From the NCBI GenBank assembly GCA_965198225.1, contig CBDAOY010000007.1:990045-1054044 (forward strand): DNA of 64,000 nt, given 5' to 3'. Below are positions 19,315 to 29,837 of the stretch, piece by piece (the stretch's first letter is position 1; every line of letters starts with the position of its first letter). The translations under genes were made by a program, and so were the position numbers. Under the pieces are notes generated by a model. The model was given only the letters and a program-made list of their open reading frames with translations, was not told where the DNA came from and ran no database searches. This DNA comes from Terriglobia bacterium. GTDB lineage: Bacteria; Acidobacteriota; Terriglobia; 20CM-2-55-15.

Positions 19315-20523
19315 ATGAGATCGCCGGATTCGATCGTCACCTCCACCACTGTTCGGTTGCGGCTGCAGCGTCTGCGGTTGGACCCCCGTGTCCAGGCCGC
19401 CATCGAGTTCTTTCGCCGGAACGTTGAGGAGATCGAAGAGGAGCAGGTCCGGATCACCAGGATTCCTGCACCACCGTTCGAGGAAGCCGAGCGGGCTGAC
19501 CACTTCCTCCGACGTCTGACCGATTCCGGCTTTGACGCCACGAGGGACGCCATCGGCAACGTGATTGCGATCTTTGAGGAGTCCGGGTCGGACCCCCTGG
19601 TCGTCGGTGCCCATCTGGACACGGTTTTTCCCCGCGACACCCCCCTGGAACTCGACCGCCGTCCGCCCGTGTTGAGGCTTCCCGGCATCACCGACAACGG
19701 GACGGGTCTGGTGGCGGGAATCTGGCTGTTCCGGGCTGCTCGTGAAGCGGGAATGGAGTTCGAACGGCCTTTGCTGCTCGTCGGTAACGTCGGCGAGGAA
19801 GGGGTCGGCAACCTGAGGGGGATCCGCCATCTGTTTGAGAATCCTCCCTGGTCGGGTGATAGCTGCGAGTTCGTCGCACTCGACGGTGCCGGCCTTCAAC
19901 GCATCACCGTCTGTGGTCTGGGGAGTCGAAGGTTTCGCGTCCGAATGACGGGGCCCGGAGGTCACAGTTGGGCGGACTTCCCCAGGCCGAACCCCATCGA
20001 CGCGCTGGCGGTCGCAATCCAGGATCTGAATCTGGCGCTCCGGGACCCGCCGCCCGGAACCACCCATAATGTCGGCGTCATACACGGTGGCATCTCCGTC
20101 AACGCGATACCGTCAGAGGCGTACATGGAAGTCGATCTCCGTGCAACTTCCGAGACGAACCTCGACGATATGGAGCGTTGCTTCCGCTCTGCTGCGACGC
20201 GCGCCGCCGAGCGGGTCGGCGTAACGTGTGACATCGAGGTGATCGGCAGGCGCCCTTCCGGCGAAACTTCACCGGGAGCGGGCCTGGTACAGACGGCGGT
20301 CGAAGCGACGCGGCTGTGCGGCGTCGAGCCCATCCTGGATATCGGCTCGACCGATGCCAATGTCCCGATGTCTCTGGGTATTCCGGCGTTATCCATCGGA
20401 GGTGGTGGGAGCGGCGGCAACATCCACAGCCTTGAGGAGTGGTTCGACCCGACGGGTCGGCACGTCGGGTTGGAACGCCTTCTGCTGCTGGTCGCTGTCC
20501 TGGCTGGCCTGAAGGCGGCATGA
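19315..20523 (+). CDS. M20-family metallopeptidase (ArgE/DapE/CPG2-like)
   Basis: It has the ...GAHLDTV..., ...DNGTG..., ...GEEG... metal-ligand motifs. The start is uncertain. Confidence 0.8.
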   Translation: MRSPDSIVTSTTVRLRLQRLRLDPRVQAAIEFFRRNVEEIEEEQVRITRIPAPPFEEAERADHFLRRLTDSGFDATRDAIGNVIAIFEESGSDPLVVGAHLDTVFPRDTPLELDRRPPVLRLPGITDNGTGLVAGIWLFRAAREAGMEFERPLLLVGNVGEEGVGNLRGIRHLFENPPWSGDSCEFVALDGAGLQRITVCGLGSRRFRVRMTGPGGHSWADFPRPNPIDALAVAIQDLNLALRDPPPGTTHNVGVIHGGISVNAIPSEAYMEVDLRATSETNLDDMERCFRSAATRAAERVGVTCDIEVIGRRPSGETSPGAGLVQTAVEATRLCGVEPILDIGSTDANVPMSLGIPALSIGGGGSGGNIHSLEEWFDPTGRHVGLERLLLLVAVLAGLKAA

Positions 20524-20713
20524 CCGACGTTTCGGAAAGACGAAGCGATTGTGCAACCTCCAGGGCGCGGAGATGCCCGTGACCTTCCCGCCCTGGATCG
20601 GAAAGCGCCCAATCTGAAATCTCAAATCTGCTATTTCGAACTTCCAATATTCCTGGACCGCTCCGTCCTGCCTCGCCATAATCTCAGTTCACCAACTACC
20701 CCAAGGAGACCGA

Positions 20714-22300
20714 ATGATGAAGCGTTCATGGCAAGTACCGTCGCCGCGAGTGTATTTGCCGATCCTGCTTGTCCTCCTGCTGACGTTTCCCATCGCAGCC
20801 CAGATGCAGGAAACCGTGGACCTCGACGCCATTTACCGCATCAAGGACGAAGGGTTCAACCGATCCCAGGTAATGGACATCATGAGTTACCTGACCGACG
20901 TCCACGGGCCGCGGCTGACCGGGTCCCCCAACATCAGGGAAGCGGCAGAGTATGCCAGGAGCAAGCTCATCGAGTGGGAACTGGTCAACGTAGACCTGGA
21001 GAAGTGGGGTCCGTTCGGCCGCGGCTGGACCAACGATCGCTTCTCGGCCCACATGATGACCGGGGGACACGCTTACCCGATCATCGGATACACGAAGGCA
21101 TGGACTCCAGGAACGGACGGGGCCGTCAGTGGTGAAGTCGTGATCGCCGACATCGGGTCGGCCGCGGACTTCGACGAATACCGTGGCCAATTGCGCGGCA
21201 AGTTCGTTCTCATCTCTCCGATGCCGGCCGTTCCGGCGCTTTTTGACCCTCCTGCAGTTCGGCTGACCGACGAAATGCTGACCCAGCGTGCGATGCAGCG
21301 GCAGGCGCGGGGGCGCCGGGGCGGTCGCGGCCGAGGCGGTCGGGGTGGAGCCAGTTTCCGGCAGGAGCGGACACAGTACTTCGTCGATGAAGGCGTGGCG
21401 GCGCTTCTAGAGCCGGGTCGCGGGTCGGGAGGAACCGTGTTTGTCGGCGGCGGCGGTTCGCGCGATCCAGAAGCGGATCCGGTGCCCGTCCAGATCGTGC
21501 TGGCGGTGGAGCATTACGGCCGCATGTACCGGACGCTGCAGAGAAATGTCCCGGTCACGATGCAGATGGATGTCGCCAATACGTTCTACGACGACGACCT
21601 GGATGCCTTCAACGTGATCGGTGAGATACGTGGGGACGACAGGGCCGACGAGGTCGTCATGCTCGGTGCGCACTTCGATTCGTGGCACTCCGGCACCGGC
21701 GCGACCGACAACGCCGCCGGCTCGGCGGTCATGATGGAGGCCGTTCGGATCCTGAAGGAAACAGGACTGCGCATGCGTCGAACTGTCCGGATCGGACTCT
21801 GGACTGGGGAGGAACAGGGGTTGCTCGGTTCCCGGGCCTACGTCGGCGACCACTTCGGGGATCGAAGGACGATGGAGTTGAAGCCCGACCATGAGAAGTT
21901 CTCGGGGTATTTCAATGTCGACAACGGTACCGGCGCCATCCGCGGGGTGTACCTGCAGGGCAACGAGGCGATCGCTCCCGTTTTCGAGGCCTGGATGAAA
22001 CCCTTCGAGAACCTCGGCATGACGACGCTGGCGATTCGCAACACGGGAGGAACCGATCACCTTTCCTTCGACGCGATCGGCCTGCCGGGCTTTCAGTTTA
22101 TCCAGGATCCGGTGGAATACGGCAGCAGGACCCATCATTCCAGCATGGACGTATACGAGCGGATTCAACCCATGGATATGATGAAGAACGCTGTCATCGT
22201 TGCATCGTTCGTCTACCACACGGCCAATCGCGAGGAGCTCCTCCCGCGCAAGCCGCTGCCGCGGCCCCGGGACCGGGGAGGAAGGGGGCGGGGGCAGTAG
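20714..22300 (+). CDS. secreted M28-family aminopeptidase with a PA domain
   Basis: It has a signal peptide, the motifs GAHFDSW, DNAAGSA and GEEQGLLGS, and an RGG-rich linker. Confidence 0.85.
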   Translation: MMKRSWQVPSPRVYLPILLVLLLTFPIAAQMQETVDLDAIYRIKDEGFNRSQVMDIMSYLTDVHGPRLTGSPNIREAAEYARSKLIEWELVNVDLEKWGPFGRGWTNDRFSAHMMTGGHAYPIIGYTKAWTPGTDGAVSGEVVIADIGSAADFDEYRGQLRGKFVLISPMPAVPALFDPPAVRLTDEMLTQRAMQRQARGRRGGRGRGGRGGASFRQERTQYFVDEGVAALLEPGRGSGGTVFVGGGGSRDPEADPVPVQIVLAVEHYGRMYRTLQRNVPVTMQMDVANTFYDDDLDAFNVIGEIRGDDRADEVVMLGAHFDSWHSGTGATDNAAGSAVMMEAVRILKETGLRMRRTVRIGLWTGEEQGLLGSRAYVGDHFGDRRTMELKPDHEKFSGYFNVDNGTGAIRGVYLQGNEAIAPVFEAWMKPFENLGMTTLAIRNTGGTDHLSFDAIGLPGFQFIQDPVEYGSRTHHSSMDVYERIQPMDMMKNAVIVASFVYHTANREELLPRKPLPRPRDRGGRGRGQ

Positions 22301-22372
22301 GTCGTAGGCCGTAGGCAGTTGTGCGCGGGGGTCCGTTCAGCTTAACGGTCCGCGAGAGAGCCATCGTGAGGG

Positions 22373-22394
22373 GACAGGGCTAGCCCTGTCCCAG
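22373..22394. repeat. palindrome GGGGACAGGGCTAGCCCTGTCCC (member of the GGGACAGGG-N-CCCTGTCCC family)
   Basis: It is a perfect inverted repeat. Related copies are at 32163, 32301 and 40389. Confidence 0.6.
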
Positions 22395-22494
22395 GGTGTT
22401 CGCTGAGCAGAAAAGTCGGCAAACGACGGAACGCTCTCACGGACAGTTCCGTTATACTGTGATGATAGGCGCCATCTAGAACGGGGAGAAGATC

Positions 22495-23055
22495 ATGAGT
22501 GGTAATCAGGTTGAGGTCACGCGCGATTGTGAGGTAGTCGAAATTCCCGGCGGACAGACGCACCACTTGACGAAGGGAACCGCCGTCGCCATCACGCAGG
22601 CGCTCGGCGGATCCTACACGTTGATGGTGCCTTCACACGGGGGCCTGTTCCGACTGGCAGGGCGCGATGCCGACGCGATCGGCAAGGATCCGACTGAAGA
22701 GTCGACCGAAAGCGGCGCCGCGGCAGAACCTCTGGATTCCGAGCAGCTCGAAACGGAAATCTGGGCGCAGCTCAAAACGTGTTTCGACCCCGAAATCCCG
22801 GTCAACATCGTCGACCTCGGGCTGATCTACGGCATGACAGTGTCTCCTCTCGAAGATGGAGGAAACCACGTTGCGGTTCAGATGACGCTCACGGCTCAAG
22901 GTTGTGGGATGGGTGATTCGATTGCCGCCGACGCCCAGCACAAAATCCGACGCATCCCCCAGGTTGCCACCGCGGACGTGCAGGTGGTATGGGATCCTCC
23001 CTGGACGCCCGATAAGATGTCCTCTGAAGGCAAGGCGATGCTCGGGATCGGCTAG
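22495..23055 (+). CDS. DUF59 (MIP18/SufT-like) Fe-S cluster assembly protein, long form with an N-terminal extension
   Basis: The C-terminal IPVNIVDLGLIY...MTLTAQGCGMG...VVWDPPWTPDKMS matches the DUF59 core. Confidence 0.7.
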   Translation: MSGNQVEVTRDCEVVEIPGGQTHHLTKGTAVAITQALGGSYTLMVPSHGGLFRLAGRDADAIGKDPTEESTESGAAAEPLDSEQLETEIWAQLKTCFDPEIPVNIVDLGLIYGMTVSPLEDGGNHVAVQMTLTAQGCGMGDSIAADAQHKIRRIPQVATADVQVVWDPPWTPDKMSSEGKAMLGIG

Positions 23056-23301
23056 CCAGGCCAGCTTCCAACCCAAGAAGGGGGCGGGCGTGACGCGCCC
23101 GCTTCTCCATCAAAGTTTTTGGGATCTTTCGGCAACATAGCGGTCTAATTGCAAACCGCGATATTGACTAATCCGCATTGCATGTTGTTCATTGGAGATT
23201 GCTTCACTTCAAATTTTCGGGAACAAATCTCCCGGGAGTTACCGGCCTTAGCGCTGATCCCGGAACTCCAAGTTTTTCGCTTCACTGGTACAGGCCACTA
23301 G

Positions 23302-25374
23302 ATGACTCGACGAGAGCACGTTGACCTGAACTATCCCGAGTCGAGACGTGTCGATCAGGTCGACGACTATCACGGGCACCCCGTGGCCGATCCCTACCGG
23401 TGGCTCGAAGACATGGATTCGGATGAAACACGCAGCTGGATCGCGGCGCAGAACGAAATCACCGAACAGTTTCTTGATCGGGTGCCCGGAAGGAGCGAGA
23501 TCCTCCAACGCGTGACGGAGCTGTGGAACTTCGAGCGATTCGGGGTTCCGATCAGAGAGGGAGGACGCTACTTCTACTTCCGTAACAGCGGCCTGGAGAA
23601 TCAGGCCGTCCTGTACACGATGGAACAACTGGATGGCGAACCGCGCGTCCTTTTGGATCCGAACACGATGTCGGTGGATGGCACGCTCGCACTTGTGGCA
23701 TACGCGCCCAGCCGTGATGGAAGGTTCCTGGCCTACAGCGTGTCCACCAGCGGGTCCGACTGGCAGCATATACTCGTCCGCGACGTGGCCGGCGGAGCCG
23801 ATCTTGAGGACCGTCTCGATTGGGTCAAATTCTCGGACATTTCATGGACCGCGGACCACGAAGGCTTCTTCTACAGTTGCTACGACGCCCCTTCCGGCGA
23901 CGAATTCGCCGGCGAAAATTATTTCCAGAAGCTCTACTATCACCAGCTTGGAACTTCCCAGTCCGCAGATCGTCTCGTTTACGACAATCCCGACGAGCAG
24001 GAGTGGGGGTTCCTGGGTCACGTGACCGAGGACGGCCGTTACCTGGTCATTCACATCCGCAAAGGCTCGGGACCCAAACACTGCGTCTATTTCAAAGATC
24101 TCGACGAATCCGACGCCATGGACGATTGCGGGATCGTCAAACTGATGGACGGATTCGATGCGCGCTATGAGTTTGTCGGCAACGCTCGAGACGAGTTCTG
24201 GTTCCTTACCGATCGTGACGCTCCCCGTGCGCGGCTCGTGGGGGTCGACCTGGGACGAAGCGATCCGTCCCAGTGGCGGGAGATCATCCCGGAGGGTGAT
24301 GCCACGCTCGAGGCGGTCGTCGCGGCCGGCGAAGGCTTCGTCGCCCGCTTTCTCGAACACGCTCGCAGTCGAGTGGAGCTGTACGGTAGGGACGGCGGGC
24401 ATGTCCGGGAGTTGGAACTCCCCGGCATCGGGTCCGTAGTGGGTTTCTTCGGTAAAGCCGGCGGCACCGAAGCGTTCTACGCGTTTACGGATTTCACCAG
24501 TGCGCCAACCATTTACCGGTACGATGTCGCGACGGGTAAGAACGAGGTTTTCCGGAGTCCTCAGATCGACGTCGTGGGGAGCCGGTTCGAAACCCGACAG
24601 GTCTTCTACCAGAGCAGCGACGGAACGACGGTTCCGATGTTTCTCGTCCACCGGACCGACCTGGAGCTGGACGGGAACAACCCGACCCTGCTCTACGGTT
24701 ACGGCGGCTTCAACATATCGATGACCCCGGCGTTCTCCGTGCGCAACCTTGCCTGGCTCGAGATGGGCGGGGTTTATGCGGTCGCAAACATCCGGGGTGG
24801 CGGCGAATACGGTGAGGAGTGGCACCAGGCCGGAATCCGCCGCAACAAGCAGAACGGGATCGATGATTTCATCGCCGCGGCCGAATGGCTGACATCGAAC
24901 CGCTACACGAGCCCCAACCGCCTCGCGATCCACGGTGGGAGCAACGGCGGAATGCTCGTCGGGGCGTGCATGACGCAGCGACCCGACCTTTTCGCGGCTG
25001 TCGTGTCGGCGGTCGGTGTGATGGACCTGCTGCGTTTCGACAAGTTCACGATCGGATGGGCATGGCGCTCTGATTACGGGTCGCCGGACGATCCGGACGA
25101 CTTCAACATCCTCCGTGCCTGTTCGCCGTACCACAATCTACGAGAAGGAACAGAATACCCGGCGACGATGATCACCACCGGCGACCACGACGACCGTGTC
25201 GTCCCCTGTCACAGTTTCAAGTTCGCGGCAGCACTGCAGTCGGCGCAAGCCGCCAGGAGCGCTGCGGTGATACGGATCGGGGTCTCCGCGGGCCACGGCA
25301 TGGGTAAGCCGACTTCGATGCAGATCGAGGAGGCCGCCGACGTCCTGACCTTCCTCAAGCACTCGGTCATGTGA
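23302..25374 (+). CDS. prolyl oligopeptidase (S9A family)
   Basis: It has the N-terminal beta-propeller and C-terminal GGSNGGML nucleophile elbow, D and H. Confidence 0.9.
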   Translation: MTRREHVDLNYPESRRVDQVDDYHGHPVADPYRWLEDMDSDETRSWIAAQNEITEQFLDRVPGRSEILQRVTELWNFERFGVPIREGGRYFYFRNSGLENQAVLYTMEQLDGEPRVLLDPNTMSVDGTLALVAYAPSRDGRFLAYSVSTSGSDWQHILVRDVAGGADLEDRLDWVKFSDISWTADHEGFFYSCYDAPSGDEFAGENYFQKLYYHQLGTSQSADRLVYDNPDEQEWGFLGHVTEDGRYLVIHIRKGSGPKHCVYFKDLDESDAMDDCGIVKLMDGFDARYEFVGNARDEFWFLTDRDAPRARLVGVDLGRSDPSQWREIIPEGDATLEAVVAAGEGFVARFLEHARSRVELYGRDGGHVRELELPGIGSVVGFFGKAGGTEAFYAFTDFTSAPTIYRYDVATGKNEVFRSPQIDVVGSRFETRQVFYQSSDGTTVPMFLVHRTDLELDGNNPTLLYGYGGFNISMTPAFSVRNLAWLEMGGVYAVANIRGGGEYGEEWHQAGIRRNKQNGIDDFIAAAEWLTSNRYTSPNRLAIHGGSNGGMLVGACMTQRPDLFAAVVSAVGVMDLLRFDKFTIGWAWRSDYGSPDDPDDFNILRACSPYHNLREGTEYPATMITTGDHDDRVVPCHSFKFAAALQSAQAARSAAVIRIGVSAGHGMGKPTSMQIEEAADVLTFLKHSVM

Positions 25375-25413
25375 CGCTCACGTAGTGGGTCAGCTTGAAT
25401 TCAAACTGAACCA

Positions 25414-25688
25414 CTAGTGACCTGTAACAGTGCTATCGGTACCAGCGTTCGGCGGAACGGCGTCGGATTCTAGGAGTGACGCCCGAGCCAATGCTGTTTC
25501 ATTGCGAGGGCGTTACGACACCGAAGACGGCGCCGTTCCGACGAACCCTTCGGGCCGATGGGGGTTGCGGGCGATCTCTTTGTCGGAAGCCGTCACCGAT
25601 GAAAGAGCATCGCTTTCCGTCTCCCTCCTCGACCTCGCCCGCAAGACCCATCGGCGATGGTGCCGATAGCACTGTTACAGGCCACTAG
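25414..25688. mobile_element. 275-bp MITE-like element, copy 1, with ~33-bp terminal inverted repeats CTAGTGRCCTGTAACAGTGCTATCGG
   Basis: The left TIR is at 25414-25447 and the right TIR at 25656-25688. The interior is highly self-complementary. A near-identical copy is at 34705-34979. Confidence 0.7.
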
Positions 25689-25760
25689 CACGCTGCCGGC
25701 TGCCTTGATCGAAAGCGTGCTGCGTGATAGTTTTCATCCCGTACGTTACGGAGAATTCCC

Positions 25761-27671
25761 ATGAAAAAGAACCGTCTTCCGGTGCGTTTGCTTACCGTTG
25801 CCGCAGCCACGCTGGCGGTGATCTCTTGCAGCGGCGTTTCAGCCGACAACGAGTTTTTCGGTCGCGTGACACCGCCTGAAGGACAGGTGATGCGCTACAT
25901 TTCGGGATCCGAGCCGGAATCGCTGGATCCGCCGGTATCTTCCGGGCAGCCCGAGGCTCGCCTCTACATGGCGCTGTTCGAGGGGTTGACCGACTACAAC
26001 CCGAAGACCGCCGGTCCGATCCCGGGTGTTGCGGAGAGCTGGGAAGCCAATGCGGACAACTCCGAGTTTGTCTTCCACCTCCGTGAAGATGCCCGTTGGA
26101 GCAATGGCGAACCGGTCAGAGCCGGGGATTTCGTCTACTCCTGGCGTCGTGCGCTATCGCCGGAGCTGGCGTCCAGAAATGCCTACCTCGCCTACGACAT
26201 CAAGTACGCGCAGGCCTACAACGAGGGCGGCGTGTTCGTCCTCGATCCTGAGACCGGGGAATTTCTCCGCGCGGTGGAGACGGCCCAGGGACCGTCCGAT
26301 TCGGAAGAGAACGATGAGTCCACCGGGGACACAGCCTTTCATGTCTTCATCCAGGGACCCACCCGTCTGACGCTCCCCGGGGACGAGGAGAGTCGTCAGG
26401 CGATGTTCGACGAAGATACTGAACTGGCGGGCCGGATGGCTGGGAAGGAATTCGTTCCCGTCCAGGCCGAGAGCATCGGCATCGAAGCCGTCGACGACCA
26501 TACCTTCCGCGCGACTCTGGCTCGACCGGCGCCGTACTTTGTCGGCCTCGTGGCGCACCAGACCTTCATGCCGGTCCTCCAGTGGGTCGTCGAACAGTAC
26601 GGTGAGGCCTGGACAAAGCCGGAAAACATCGTCACGAACGGCGCTTTCAAGCTGGAATCCCGGAAGCCGTACAACGAGATCGTCATGGTTCGGGACCCGA
26701 TGTACTGGGACGCGGACGCAGTGCGTCTCGACAAGCTCATCTTCTACCCGATGGAAGACGCAACGACGATGATGAATCTCTACAAGGCCGGAGAGGTCGA
26801 TGCTGTCTTCAATCATGTCGTTCCGGTGGCCTGGCTGGATCTGATCCGCCCCCTCGCCGACTACATGGATGCGCCCGAGAACGCGGTCGGGTACTACATG
26901 TTCAACGTGACGCGACCTCCTATGGACGACATCCGGGTGCGAAAGGCCTTCAACGCGTCCATCGACAAAGAGGCCCTGGCCCAGTACCGCCGGGTGACCA
27001 AGCCGCTGACTGCCTTCAGCCCCGAGGGAATCTACCCGGGTTACCCCCAGCCGAAGGGAGACCCGTTCGATCGGGAGCGGGCACGGAAGTGGCTCGCCGA
27101 GGCGGGCTACGTCGATGCGGCGGGCAACTACGATCCTTCCACCTTTCCGATTGAAGAGGTCGAACTGACATACAACACTTCGGAAAGCAACCGGCAGGTG
27201 GCGGAGTTCATCCAGGCGCAATGGAAGCAGAACCTGGGCTTGACGGTTCCGCTCAAGAACATGGAATGGAAGACATTCCTGGTTGTACGGGCGGCGCTGG
27301 ACTACAAGGGCATCGGGCGTGCCGGCTGGGTCGGCGACTACATGGATCCGTTTACTTTCCTCAATATCTTCTACACCGCCGGAGGGGACAACGGCACTGG
27401 CTGGTGGGACCCGGAATACGTGCGTTTGCTCGACGAGGCGAACACGACGCTGGATCCGGCGCGACGTTACGAACTGCTCGCTGAAGCCGAAGCATACATG
27501 CTCGCGGCACAGCCGATCATCCCGTTCGAGACCAACGCGACAAACTGGATGAAGAAGCCCTACGTGAAAGGTATGTATCCGAACCCGGGGACCCTCCATG
27601 CCTGGAAGTTCGTCTACATCGAACATGATCCGGCGAAATGGGACAGCGGCGTGCCGGATATGAGTCAGTAG
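25761..27671 (+). CDS. ABC peptide transporter substrate-binding lipoprotein (family 5, OppA/DppA-like)
   Basis: It has the lipobox LAVISC and an SBP_bac_5 signature region. Confidence 0.85.
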   Translation: MKKNRLPVRLLTVAAATLAVISCSGVSADNEFFGRVTPPEGQVMRYISGSEPESLDPPVSSGQPEARLYMALFEGLTDYNPKTAGPIPGVAESWEANADNSEFVFHLREDARWSNGEPVRAGDFVYSWRRALSPELASRNAYLAYDIKYAQAYNEGGVFVLDPETGEFLRAVETAQGPSDSEENDESTGDTAFHVFIQGPTRLTLPGDEESRQAMFDEDTELAGRMAGKEFVPVQAESIGIEAVDDHTFRATLARPAPYFVGLVAHQTFMPVLQWVVEQYGEAWTKPENIVTNGAFKLESRKPYNEIVMVRDPMYWDADAVRLDKLIFYPMEDATTMMNLYKAGEVDAVFNHVVPVAWLDLIRPLADYMDAPENAVGYYMFNVTRPPMDDIRVRKAFNASIDKEALAQYRRVTKPLTAFSPEGIYPGYPQPKGDPFDRERARKWLAEAGYVDAAGNYDPSTFPIEEVELTYNTSESNRQVAEFIQAQWKQNLGLTVPLKNMEWKTFLVVRAALDYKGIGRAGWVGDYMDPFTFLNIFYTAGGDNGTGWWDPEYVRLLDEANTTLDPARRYELLAEAEAYMLAAQPIIPFETNATNWMKKPYVKGMYPNPGTLHAWKFVYIEHDPAKWDSGVPDMSQ

Positions 27672-27683
27672 CGTGAGGCCCAA

Positions 27684-27735
27684 TGTCCAAAGTCCGAGGT
27701 TCAAAGTCCGAGGTCCAAAGTCCAAGGTCGAATGT
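27684..27735. repeat. tandem ~15-bp repeat (GTCCAAAGTCCGAGG, 3.5 copies) between oppA and oppB
   Basis: Seen directly in the sequence. Confidence 0.6.
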
Positions 27736-27791
27736 CTGGAGATCAGTTAATGACGTCGGACAGTGGACTTCGGACCGTGGACTGATTCCCG

Positions 27792-28712
27792 ATGTTGCAT
27801 TTCATAATCCGCCGACTGATGGTGACGCTGCCGATGGTCCTGGTTGTCGTGTCGCTGACCTGGGCTTTGATCCGGCTGGCTCCCGGCAACTTCTACACGG
27901 GCGAGAAGCCGATTCCCCCAGCGATCGAAGCAAACCTCCGCGCCAAGTACGGGCTCGACCAGCCTTGGTACGTCCAGTACGGGAAGATGATCAGCAACAC
28001 GCTGAGGGGGGACTTCGGAAACTCGTTGCGATACCAGGGACAGTCGGTGAACGAGATCCTGGCTGCCTCGCTGCCGGTGTCGGCGGGGATTGGCTTCGCG
28101 GCATACCTGCTGGCCCTTCTCATCGGCGTGCTCGTCGGCACGGTCTCGGCGGTCAAACAGAATTCCAGCATGGACTACACGTCGATGGGCTTTGCCATGG
28201 TCGGCATCTCTGTGCCCAACTTCGTTCTCGGACCGATTCTGGTGCTGGCGTTCGCACTGACGCTGTTCTGGCTGCCTCCGGCCCGGTGGGAAGGCTTTTT
28301 CAGTGTCCATACCATTCTGCCCGTGATCACGCTGTCCGCAGTCTACATGGCCTACATCGCCCGGCTTGCGAGATCGGGAATGCTCGAGGTACTCCGATCC
28401 AACTACATCCGAACCGCGCGGGCCAAGGGTTTGGATGAGAAAACCGTCGTTGTGCGGCATGGCCTGAGGGGTGGACTGCTGCCCGTCGTTTCGTTCTCGG
28501 GTCCGGCTCTGGCCCTGCTCATATCGGGCACCGTAGTCGTCGAGCGCATTTTCGCGCTGCCGGGATTGGGAAACTATTTCATCAACGCCAACCTCAACCG
28601 CGATGAACCGTTGATCATCGGAATCGTCGCGTTTATGTCGATCTCGATCCTGATCTTCAATCTGCTGGTCGACATCGCGTATGGATTCCTGGACCCCAGG
28701 GTGAGGTATTGA
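27792..28712 (+). CDS. ABC peptide transporter permease (OppB/DppB-like)
   Basis: It has a BPD_transp_1 membrane domain. Confidence 0.85.
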   Translation: MLHFIIRRLMVTLPMVLVVVSLTWALIRLAPGNFYTGEKPIPPAIEANLRAKYGLDQPWYVQYGKMISNTLRGDFGNSLRYQGQSVNEILAASLPVSAGIGFAAYLLALLIGVLVGTVSAVKQNSSMDYTSMGFAMVGISVPNFVLGPILVLAFALTLFWLPPARWEGFFSVHTILPVITLSAVYMAYIARLARSGMLEVLRSNYIRTARAKGLDEKTVVVRHGLRGGLLPVVSFSGPALALLISGTVVVERIFALPGLGNYFINANLNRDEPLIIGIVAFMSISILIFNLLVDIAYGFLDPRVRY

Positions 28713-28898
28713 AGAAGTTATGCGTAGGCCGTTATCCGTTGTCGGAAGAGGAGCTACCAACTCACAACGACGTACCAACGGCCTACGGCCTACTGAACCG
28801 AGGAAGTTATGAGTAGTCAGCTGTCAGTAGTCAGTTTTGGGAAAGGGATGGCGTACCGCCCAACGGCCTACGGACAACGGCTTACGACTTATTGACGA
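28713..28898. repeat. intergenic REP/MITE-like repeats inside the opp operon (GTAGGCCGTTATCCG / CAACGGCCTACGG family plus two AGTAGTCAG units)
   Basis: The motifs are shared with 9749-10246 and 8365-8421. Confidence 0.6.
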
Positions 28899-29837
28899 AT
28901 GTCCCAGGTTACCGAAACCGAAGTTGTGGCCGGAACGTCCTTGTGGCGCGACGCATGGCGCCGCCTGCTTCGCAACAGGTTGGCCGTCATCGGCATGACT
29001 TTCGTCGCCTTGATCGTTCTCGCGTCGATCGTCGGCCCACCGATCATCGAGGCGACAACCGGTTTCACGTACGACTACATACCGGCTGATTCCTCGCAGA
29101 TTCGATCGTTCCCGCCATTCACGGCGCCTGACGGTTCCTTTTCCCTGACTCACCCGATGGGAACCGACGAGGCGGGGCGGGACATCCTCGCGAGAGTTCT
29201 GTTGGGCGGGCGAATCTCTCTCATGGTCGGAAGCATTTCGACGATCGTGTCCCTGCTCATCGGTGTGACATACGGGGCGACGGCCGGTTACGTGGGCGGC
29301 CGGGTCGATGACGGGATGATGCGCATCGTCGACGTGCTCTACGCGATTCCATACATGATGGTTGTGATCGTCCTGCTGGCTTTCTTCGGAGGTCAGTCGC
29401 CGCTGGGTCAGTTGTTTCTGTTGTTCTTCGCTCTCGGCGCCGTGTCGTGGCTGACGATGGCCCGAATCGTGCGGGGACAGGTGATCTCGTTGAAGAACCA
29501 GGAATTCGTCCTCGCCGCGCGCGCCGGGGGCGTGTCGACTCCAAAGATCATCTTCAGGCATCTCGTTCCGAACACGCTCGGACCGGTCGTCGTCTACGCG
29601 ACGTTAACGATCCCGTCCGTCATGCTGCTCGAGGCGTTCCTGTCTTTCCTGGGTCTCGGTGTCCAGGCTCCGCTCGCCTCGTGGGGGAGTCTCGCCGCGG
29701 ACGGCATCCGAAACATCGCCGTCTTCCCGTGGCAGCTGATCTTTCCCGGAGTGACGATGGCCGCGACGCTGTTCTCGTTGAACTTCATGGGTGACGGGCT
29801 CCGGGACGCCTTGGATCCGCAGATGCGAAAGATGTAA
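28899..29837 (+). CDS. ABC peptide transporter permease (OppC/DppC-like)
   Basis: It has a BPD_transp_1 membrane domain and an N-terminal OppC-type extension. Confidence 0.85.
   Translation: MSQVTETEVVAGTSLWRDAWRRLLRNRLAVIGMTFVALIVLASIVGPPIIEATTGFTYDYIPADSSQIRSFPPFTAPDGSFSLTHPMGTDEAGRDILARVLLGGRISLMVGSISTIVSLLIGVTYGATAGYVGGRVDDGMMRIVDVLYAIPYMMVVIVLLAFFGGQSPLGQLFLLFFALGAVSWLTMARIVRGQVISLKNQEFVLAARAGGVSTPKIIFRHLVPNTLGPVVVYATLTIPSVMLLEAFLSFLGLGVQAPLASWGSLAADGIRNIAVFPWQLIFPGVTMAATLFSLNFMGDGLRDALDPQMRKM

Noticed and set aside
23842-25134. 430-aa minus-strand ORF
   Set aside because: It is the antisense of the prolyl oligopeptidase gene. Likewise, 26154-27725 and 27747-28778 (minus) are shadows of oppA/oppB, and 59760-60746 / 60885-61505 (minus) are shadows of the TrbJ/TrbL genes.
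25430-25669. 79-aa ORF (and its twin 34721-34960) inside the 275-bp repeat
   Set aside because: Each lies wholly inside a TIR-bounded, strongly self-complementary element present in multiple copies. This is more consistent with a structured non-coding MITE than a protein gene.
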